Origin: Eledone cirrhosa
Lineage: Eukaryota
Assembly (NCBI GenBank): GCA_964016885.1
Contig: OZ024743.1
Location: forward strand, 294,376,001 to 294,440,000
Direction of reading: 5' to 3'
Length of the DNA stretch: 64,000 nucleotides
Shown: one piece after another, positions 54,150 to 64,000 of the stretch
Layout of the letters: every line of letters starts with the position of its first letter
How positions within the stretch are numbered: position 1 is the first letter of the stretch
Translations under genes and position numbers: made by a program
Notes under the pieces: generated by a model
What the model was told of the DNA's origin: nothing
Seen by the model: the letters and a program-made list of their open reading frames with translations, nothing else
The model's database searches: none

Positions 54150-56568
54150 ATGTATATATATATCGAACCACATTTTACAACAACAAAGAATATAACAAAC
54201 ACAGGAGACCACTTAACATCAGCAGACAACCTCTCTACCCCATCCATTTTTTAGACACAGCACACAGATACAGGCAAACAAAATAACACAAGAAAGGGAG
54301 GAGAAACCGAGAGTAATAAAAATTATCAATCTAACTAGTGCAGAACCAACACCCAACATTATCAACTTACTCTCCAAAGGTCTTAAATTCACACCGACCC
54401 CACTACGTCCTAACTACTATGAAATGAAGGAAGACATCACAAACTTCTGTAGAAAGTTACGACTCAGTGAAGAACTATTCCACCAGTACAATGAGGATGA
54501 ATCATTAGCCAGAAATAGAAGCAATTACACCCCATCAAAAGGTATAAATAAAATCCTGGACGAATTCTGTGAACACATCACAAACTTCCCTTACCAACAC
54601 TTGCACAGACAAAAACACAAGCCAAACCTCAACAAGAAAGAATGGGAAGAATTAAATAGATTAAAAACCGACAGAACCATTACAATTAAAGAGGCTGATA
54701 AAGGGAGTAGAGTAGTCCTAATGGAGACAGAATTCTATATCAACTTAGAGCTCTCCACTTTGGAAAACGAAACATACTACGAAAAGGCTGAAAACTAAAA
54801 TCAACAGAAAATAATGAGACACCTAAAAACTCTGATCAACCAATACAAAGAAGGACTCACTAACAAGGAATTCCGCTTCATCACAGACTTCACAAGTAAA
54901 TGCAGCCTTTTCTACGGTATCCCTAAAGTACATAAAATAGAATTAATAAGTAAGGCATGCAAGGAAGCCACAGACATAGTCATCAATGTCCCCTCACCCA
55001 ATGACCTCAAATTAAGTCCTATAATAGCAGGCCCCGCTTGCGAAACCCACCGCCTTAGCAACTTCATTGATACCCTTCTCAAGCCTTTTCTCAAACACAT
55101 CAAAAGCTATATAAGGGACGACCTAGATATGCTCAATCACCTCCATAATATGCCCCTTTCTGAACAAACCCTACTAGTGACTTCGATGCAGTCAACCTAT
55201 ACTCCAGCATCCCCCACAACCTAGGAATAGAAGATATCCAATTCTGGCTGGATAATTAACACAATGAACTCCCACAACTCATCAAAAAAGAATTCGTGAT
55301 AGAGGGACCAAATTTATCTTGGAGAACAATTACTTCGTTTTCAATAACAAACCCTACAGGCAGAAATTTGGGACCGCTATGGGAACGAAAACAGCCCGCA
55401 CTTATGCCAACCTAGTCATGGGATACCTGGAAATCACCCTCTAAACTAAAGTCCTAAACAAATTTGGAAACACTCTCCACTTACACATAGAAAGGAACTG
55501 GAGGCGATATCTAGATGACTGCCTCAACCTTTGGCACGAAAACATCGAGAAACCTAAAGAATTTCACACCCTTAGAAATGGGCTAAACACGAATATTAAC
55601 TTCACGATGGAATACAGCCATCAACAACTCCCATTCCTCGACATCCTCATTAAGATCCATAACAAAAAAATAGAAACAGACATATACTACAAGCCCACAG
55701 ACTCCAAGCAATATCTTCATTTCAACTCTTGCCACCCTAGACACGTTAAAATTAATATTCCTTACAACTTAGCCAAGAGAATCTGTACTATAGTCCCAAT
55801 AAAAACACCTGCTACTTACGGCTACAAGAACTAAAGGATACACTCATAGGTAGGGACTACCCTGCATCACTAATTGACAATGAAATCCAACGTGCCCTAA
55901 AACTCAGTACCCAGGACCTTAGACACCCTAAAGTAAATCAACCGAAACTAAAAGCTCTGCCATACATCTCCACACACAACCCCCTCAACAATGAGGCCTT
56001 TTACACCATCCTCCAGAACATCCCTGTGTTGAAAAAGGAGCATAGAATGAACCAAATCCTACGAACACACGATATCATAAAGAGCAAAAGACAGTCTAAG
56101 TCAATGAAAAACATCCTAACACATGCCAAAGTACTGCCAACCACTACAACGAAACCCACAGTAAAAAAATGCGATAGACCCAACTGTGGCATATGCATCA
56201 ACCTAATAGAGGGTTCGGAATTCTATTTCAAAGAAGGACAACGTTTTATAGTAAAGCACAATTTCACATGTGCATCAGAAAATCTAATATATGTATTAAT
56301 TTGCTCAGGTTGTCGAGAACAATACATAGGCCAGACCCAAAACAGCCTCCGCCAACGCATGACTGTCCATAGATCCCAAATTAAAATACGGGAATACAGG
56401 AAAATACCACTGAGTGAACAAATTGATACCCGTGCCGCCCAAAATCATCCCAACTTCAGAATATTTCCCCTCTACAAATTTAAAGATAATGCCACCCACA
56501 CCCAGCGCATCAGCAAGGAATCTCACTTTATTAATAAATACGGACCCTGTCTAAACACTTCTCCCTAA
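54150..56568 (+). pseudogene. Decayed Neptune-like PLE: RT + Zn-finger + GIY-YIG
   Basis: LLSKGLKFTPTP, IKEADKG, FYGIPKVHK, GTAMGT, RYLDD, LPFLDILI, YLHFNSCHP, CDRPNCGIC, NLIYVLICSGCREQYIGQT..LRQRMTVH, with several stops and frameshifts. Confidence 0.92.
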
Positions 56569-57000
56569 GACGAACCCACAAAATACACACGTCAACATAC
56601 ATACCTACATCAGCATACATCTCTATCCACATATAAACACAATGACATACGTAAACACATGTTCTATGGTGCAACACAAATATACACAAATTTGCATACA
56701 TTTTGATGTCTATAGATATAAACGTGCCGACACACACACATACATAAACGCACACATGCATTGCACACTGATGGGCACATATATATTTGTACACAATATT
56801 CCAATACGGCAAGGCCTAATGGATTCCCCTTGCTGTACCTACAATCTGGACACTCACACACACCTTGGTATTATGCCAATACTATATATCATTTCACACC
56901 TTTTATTATTAAGGTTTTTGATGTTCTATTGAGAGAATAGTTTTTACTGAAAATATCGAATAATGTACACCATTTTTACCAGTATCACAAAAATACTGGT

Positions 57001-57036
<36 letters not shown>

Positions 57037-58107
57037 TCTCACACACACACATATATACACACACACACATATATATACACACACACATACACACGCGTAC
57101 ATTAACATACAAAGAGACATATACACACACACAAATACTTCTCCGTATAAGATAGGAGATGAAAAATATCTTTTAACATGTTAAAATATCCCCCACACAC
57201 GTACAGACACATTCCTACTGACCATCCCTCTACCACGAATTACTCTGCTACACACACACACACACTTGTCTTAATCGGCATTTGAACCGTCAATAGGCTG
57301 CGGTTCGCACACACATCCCTGCTGACCATTATCACAACAACGAACCTCTTTACTACTACTACACACACACACACATATTTGTTTTGAAAGACTTATTTTT
57401 CAGTGACTTCTCAATCAGCCGACACAAACCTACATTTGGCGCAAAATCAATTTTTAACATTCACATGACCTCTACCGACCAATCAAAATTGTTTTGACCA
57501 CAAGAATTTTTGCAACACGAATTGGCGCGAAACTTATTTTAATACATCTGGAACCACTTTTTTCACATAAAACAGTCAGAATTTCCAAAACTAATCAGAT
57601 TAGAGCAAACATCATGGGCGCTCTATCTCAAAATTATTTTTGAAAAGCATTAGAAATACGAAAACTGTAAAACTTAAGACCAAAACTGAATACTAACCAA
57701 TATTATTACTAATTTTTACTTATTCCTAATTAAACTATTTTTCACTGGGAATCATTTGTCAGCATTTACTTTTCCGTTTACCAATATATATATATCGAGC
57801 CCTCTTTGGATTTTAGTCTTCAATTTTATTATATTTACTATATATATATATATATATAACGAAGGAAATGTGGTAAGGAACCAGGTGGACCATAACGCAC
57901 CAAAGTACTCAATACTTAGGGTAGTAGAGTGGGTAATAGGATCGAGTAGAATATATATATATATATATTTAGGGAAGCAGAAAATTGCTTTTTGTGATCC
58001 AGTTCGTGGTAAGAAAGCCAGTTTCATGGATGGTTTCAACGTACGATTGGGGGTAACTCCACAAGTTTGTAAGAATTCCGTTCAATCTTGGAGTATAAGG
58101 TATACAA

Positions 58108-59371
58108 GAGAAAACACAGGTAAGCATTAAGAGAAGGATTTTATCCAGGTATTTACGACCGTTTCATTGGTAAGTGCAACATTATATTGCTATACTGCAA
58201 ATAGCAGCCCCTCAATTATAATTGTTTTTCACAGTCCAAATTTTCAAAATAGTGAGTAAGTTACTCTTGAAAATATCTTAATATATAGAGAAAAATATTT
58301 ATTTGGAATTGTATTTACTAGTATAGAGAGAGAGGAATCAGAAGGTGAGGGGACACACGGAATAGTATAGAGAGAGAGATGAAGGGGGAGGAGTTAGGAA
58401 GTAGAGTGACAAACTGAGATGGAGGGAGGGGTAGAGGTGGAAGGATTCCTTGATCAGTATTAATATGTAGACTTCATGTCGTGGAATGTAGTGAGTTAAA
58501 GAGAATTAAATTGATCATAGTGGGAGGGATGGATGAGAGAGAGAGAGAGGGGAGGAGATATAAAGAGATAAATATATATATATAAAAAAATAAAGATAAA
58601 GATAATAATGACAAAAGTAAAAGCAAAGACGGGCGAAAAAGAAGAAAAGAAAAGATAGCCAAAAAGGGGAGGGAGGAAGGAAGAAAACGAAGAAATAGAA
58701 GAGGAATGAAGGAGAAGGGGGATATACGTATTGGTTTTGTGGGTAATTAAAAGGGTTTAGATACAACAAGAGGGTATAAAGTCTAAGTATATGCAGTTTG
58801 TCAGTTGGTAGTAAGAGGTTAAGGGTTCGATTTGCACTTGTAGTGCGAAAACTTCTCTTTGAGTCTATGGTTACAATAAATTGATCTTTCGAATTATTGT
58901 TGAGTAACTTATTCTTCTAACTCAAAATGTGGAACAGCTCAATAATCGACAACTTCTCATACCACTCCGATATGGGGGCGCGTTCGATAATTTTTTCCAC
59001 TTCAGGGTGTATTGATGGTTACTTTCCCTCAGTTGCCAGGTCTTGTTTGCATAACGATGCTGGGAATGTTTCATTGCGTAATGGTGTGTATACCAACGGG
59101 CTTTAAATGTATTCCCAGTCGCTCCGATGTAATACCATTTCTGGTTGTCTGATTACCACTGTGCATTGGTAAACCAGGTTAGACTGCATACATTCATTAT
59201 GTAATGGACAGGTTTCAGGTAGGTGGCAGTTACAATTCTTGTCTGTGAACAACAATTATAATTGAGTGGCTGCTATTTGCATTATAGCAATATAAGGTTA
59301 AGGTTGCACTTACCAATGAAACGGTCGTGAATACCTGGATAAAATCCTTCTCTTAATGCTTACCTGTGTTT

Positions 59372-59375
<4 letters not shown>
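58108..59375 (-). mobile_element. PLE GIY-YIG fragment (~58830-59240) between inverted repeats 58108-58234 / 59243-59375
   Basis: Minus strand reads NCHLPETCPLHNECMQSNLVYQC..WYYIGATG, similar to the C-terminus of the 739-aa ORF. Confidence 0.7.
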
Positions 59376-59416
<41 letters not shown>

Positions 59417-59447
59417 AATATATATAAATATATATATATATATGTAA

Positions 59448-59536
<89 letters not shown>

Positions 59537-59611
59537 AATATATATATATATATATATGTAAATATATATATATATATATATATGTAAATATATATATATA
59601 TATGTATATAT

Positions 59612-60475
59612 TTTTACATTCATTTAATATATTGATTTGTTGATATTTTATTTGAGTGACCCGAATCTTCCTGGTCGTTCTTTTTCGGCTGTACGGGTGA
59701 TTTTAGGCATAATCTCTATGTGTTGGTAATTTAACGATGGTTATAGCTCTGATTTATCCAAATTATTGAGCCCTCTGCCACACATATCGGATATTGTTTA
59801 TCGATAATTCGTGAGCTGTTTTTCCGATTCTCGATTATTCTACTATATTTAGCTCTAGACCTTAGCTATTGACCAGTTAATTTTATTGATTATTTTTTTG
59901 TCAATCTTATTGACTGATAAATAGCTCCTGTTTATTTTAACACGTCTGTTGAGCACTCTGATTCGATATGTGATATTTTGTATTCTTACATAATTTGCAC
60001 ATTACCGAAATATTTCGCTGATATAGAGGTTATCTCCCTTGCTGGGTACCATGTGCGTTTCTGGCTAAGGGTCCTTTCTTCTTTATTAGCGGACGGAACC
60101 CGTTGAGAAAGCTCTTCCGCGTCCACTTCTTCTCTAGAAGTCTTATATATTTTTTATGTGGGCCGATAGTGAATGGATTAAGGAATTGCAGAAACCCAAG
60201 AAGCTAGATTTAACACCCTTCTAGCGGGTCCGGGTAAGTTTTTTACATTCATTTAATATATTGATTTATTGATATTTTATTTGAGTGACCCGAATCCTCC
60301 TGGCCGTTCTTTTTCGGCTGTACGGTGGATTTTAGGCATAATCTCTATGTGTTGGTAATTTAACGATGGTTATAGCTCTGATTTATCCAAATTATTGAGC
60401 CCTCTGCCACATATATCGGATATTGTTTATCGTTAATTCGTGAGCTGTTTTTCCGATTCTCGATTATTCTACTAT
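59612..60475. repeat. ~235-bp direct repeats (59612-59845, 60241-60475) between TA tracts
   Basis: Near-identical blocks about 629 bp apart; possibly PLE-derived. Confidence 0.8.
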
Positions 60476-60478
60476 ATA

Positions 60479-60599
<121 letters not shown>

Positions 60600-60621
60600 G
60601 TATATATATATAACATATGTA

Positions 60622-60735
<114 letters not shown>

Positions 60736-61332
60736 TGTGTGTATAAAGGTTAAACAAATAACACAATCGGTACAGTATAGGAAAAGAATATATTAGTTTA
60801 TCAACATATTAAATTATCAGGAGGAGTGTTTAACGTTTCGGATGCTAGTCCTTCATCAGAAAAAAAGTGAGAGATCAGAAAGATTGAAAGGGCGAGCATG
60901 GCTGAATCGGAAAAAAATGTTTTTAAAGAAAGAGATAAATATATATAACAGATCCATTCATGTTGCCATCTCTGTGTATATATATATATATATAATATCG
61001 AAACAACCAACAAACCAACCGGAAATGTAAAATAAATTGAAGTGAAAATCGAGGGGTGCGTGTATTTTTATTGGCAACATGACCCTCCTAAAGTATAACA
61101 ATATCTGTTTCCACACACGCTTTCAGATACGAAATTTCACAAAACAAATTAAAAACGAATTACATAATATATATACTAGCCGAATTACGCGCGCCTTGAT
61201 ACGTTTCACACAATTTTTTTCTTAGAAAATGATGATTGATTTTAAATCAGTGATATAATTTATGGAGAAAACTCTGCATTTCAATATTACTCAATGAAAA
61301 ATTCAATGCATGAAAAATTGGAAAACATTATT

Positions 61333-61508
61333 TGGCAGTATCGTTAGAGGATCGACGCCATGCTTTCCAGCATAGTTACGTCCCTTTATGATCTGAGTTC
61401 AAATCCCGCCGAGGTTGACTTTGCCTTTCATCCTGACGGGGTCGATAAAATAAAGTACCAGTAATGCACTGGATAATTGCTGGCCTTGTGCCTAAAGTAG
61501 AAACAATT
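61333..61508 (+). mobile_element. tRNA-derived SINE
   Basis: Close match to 51652-51835. Confidence 0.85.
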
Positions 61509-61604
61509 ATTTTTTGTAATATATCGAATCAAAATGACGTTATTAAATCATATTCTTATTTTGTTTCTTGTAAATAACTTTTTTCAACATATCAATTCAA
61601 AACT

Positions 61605-62545
61605 TTATTATAATGTTCGGTGTGTTTGTAAACCAACATCCCGAATTAAGCCGTACAGTGTCTAGCAAACATCGTTGCTCATTTGTTCAACTATGACAAA
61701 GGAACGCTGTACTAGTTTCAAGCTTTTTAGCTATCGTCAGCAACGCATACCTTCCTGCTAGATGGTTGAACGTCTGAAAGTATATACTTTCCTTATGCAT
61801 ATTAACGGCTGAGCAGCCTAATTTGCATATCGAGTAAGTTAATCGGCCGGGGTACCGAAAACGATAAACGGTAAAAATGAAACGAAATTTCATTTCTCAC
61901 TCTTAGTACGGCTTAATTCGGGATGTTTGTTTACAACCACACCGAGCATTATAATAAATGTTCGGTGAATCCATACGTACATATATATATATATGTGCAT
62001 GTATGTATATACACATGCTACTGTACGTCTGTATACATATATGTATGTACGTATACATACTTATATTTACGTAACAGCCGTACTAAGAGTGAGAAATGAA
62101 ATTTCGTTTCATTTTTCCGTTTATCGTTTTCGGTACCCCGGCCGATTAACTCACTCGATATGCAAATTAGGCTGCTCAGCCATTAATATGCATAAGGAAA
62201 GTATATACTTTCAGACGTTCAACCATCTGGCAGGAAGGTATACGTTGCTGACGATAGCTAATAAGCTTGAAACTAGTACAGCGTTCCTTTGTCAGTGTTG
62301 AACAAATGAGCAACGATGATTGCTAGACACTGTACAGCTTAATTCGGGATGTTGGTTTACAAACACAGTGAGCATTATAATAAATGTTCGGTGAATCCAT
62401 ACGTACATATATATATATGTACTGTATATATATATATACATACTACTGTACGTCTGTATACATATATGTATGTACGTATACATACTTATATTTAAGTAAC
62501 AGCCGCACTAAGAATGAGAAATGAAATTTCGTTTCATTTTTTCCC
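61605..62545 (+). mobile_element. Retrozyme/pLTR-like unit: ~426-bp period x1.5 plus an inverted 5' piece
   Basis: 61911-62118 is repeated at 62337-62543. About 61605-61915 is the reverse complement of about 62075-62385. Confidence 0.8.
62242..62284 (+). ncRNA. Minimal type I hammerhead (inverted copy at 61704-61746)
   Basis: acgttg-CTGACGA-t agct aata agct t-GAAA-ctag-TA-cagcgt, with a palindromic stem III. Confidence 0.88.
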
Positions 62546-62682
62546 TATATATATATATATATTAAAATAACACATTAAAGTTTAAACAAAGAATGGCTGC
62601 TTTCACCCTTAACGGGGTCTTTTGAAACTAAACTAAAAAATCTGTGCACGCAGAAGTAAATATTTCGAAAAACGTTATACAC

Positions 62683-62719
<37 letters not shown>

Positions 62720-62720
<1 letters not shown>

Positions 62721-62976
62721 GCGTCATAATGACGTAATGCAGACAGCCAGAAATACAGAAGGATATTATAAGAGCGCAACGTATATCTATGTATCTATCT
62801 AAAAAGTGAAAGACTAAGAGAGAGAGGGAAAGAGATCGCTAAATCGACTAATGTGGTTCCTAGGGCATTGAAAATTTGAAATTTAGTATGCTCAGAACAC
62901 TCAATAGGACCATAAGAATTACATGTGTCAAGTTTGAAAACAATCGATTGCGTGGTTCTTGTGTTTTAGTGATTGT

Positions 62977-63015
<39 letters not shown>

Positions 63016-63035
63016 TTCTCTGTTTTAGTAATATA
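62720..63035 (-). mobile_element. Probable non-autonomous Helitron/HINE 5' portion
   Basis: Minus strand tatattactaaaacagagaatgtctgtttg(tctg)n..cgattgttttcaaacttg is in the style of such 5' ends. Confidence 0.45.
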
Positions 63036-64000
63036 TATATATATAGCTCAAACTTGAAAATACCCCGCACTCTCTGGTCTTGTCCGTGGTTAGAAAGGTT
63101 CCTCCAGACAGAGGCGGGTCTGGTATTTGCAACCTCTGTCTTAGTGAGACACTCGAGATTCTTCATGGCGGAACCAAACTATTAAACAGAAGGGCCGACT
63201 TATTCGGTGCCTGCAGACACCTAAGGACGGGAACTTTCCTCAAACTATATGGATAAACCCCGATTACGCCCCCCCCCTTCATGTAGGTCCCCTACAACAA
63301 CAACCACCCATAGTTTGTGGTCCCTATGGTGGATGGTCCACCGGATCCTCTACTGGTTAGGAGTCATCAAAACCACGTTTTATTGAACATGATTTTATAT
63401 ATATATGTATATCTGTATCATGTGTATATATATATATATTTTATATGTGTATATATGTGTATTTTATATATATGTATGTATATATATGTATATATTTTAT
63501 ATATATATGTATATGTATGTGTATTTTATATATATATATATATATGTATGTTTTATGTGTGTATATATTTCATTTATGTGTGTATTTTATGTATATATAT
63601 ATATTTTATATATATGTATGTTCTGTGTATATATATATATGCTTGTGCGTACATACATACATGAATATATATATATATATATGCACACCTGTATGGATTT
63701 GTGTGAAGGGGTAGGTGTGAGTGTATGTACAAGTCAACCAGAATAAACCTTTTATTTCTAAATTTTCTAAACTATCTAAGTATTTGACTCTAACCAATAT
63801 TTTAAGTATTACCACCCCATATTTTGTATGTGTGGATGTGTGTGTGTCTGTGGCGGTGGGTGTGATTGTACGTGCAAGCCAACCTACATAAGTCTTTTTA
63901 TTTGTAAATTTTCTACTCTAACCATAAATTTCAGTAGCACCACTCCACATAAATTCCTCAATTTAAGAATGACCTGTAGTATCTATTTCATACTATTAAC

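Noticed and set aside
60828-60865. CTGATGA-agga..tcc-GAAA-cgtt on the minus strand
   Set aside because: Core and stem II are present but stem I is only about 3 A-U pairs; probably a truncated HHR, so not called.
61176-61210. Second Helitron-like 3' end (CTAG|T with upstream GC-rich segment)
   Set aside because: The hairpin is imperfect and I could not link it to a body or 5' end.

Overview
AT-rich eukaryotic repeat DNA, probably from an octopod cephalopod (inferred from the long (TA)n/(CA)n tracts and the SINE style). I can support no host gene, and most ORF-track entries are microsatellite translations. Penelope-like elements (PLEs) dominate. One is apparently intact (29.5-34.3 kb; 739-aa RT + GIY-YIG ORF, direct pLTRs plus an inverted 5' pLTR piece), two are truncated or decayed, and there are many non-autonomous pLTR or retrozyme-like units sitting in (TA)n tracts. 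A decayed Helitron, mariner, Chapaev3-like and L1/Tx1-like relics and more than 10 tRNA-type SINE copies are also present. Folding by eye finds about 25 hammerhead ribozyme (HHR) motifs from about 12 families. The top candidate is a five-copy motif (12.8, 19.6, 20.4, 45.3, 54.0 kb) with all HHR core elements in a non-circularly permuted, pseudoknotted order, with compensatory changes in several helices. Also notable are a 591-bp tandem retrozyme-like array with a U3-A8 core variant and a U4A core variant in a PLE pLTR. All RNA structures were folded by eye and are untested.
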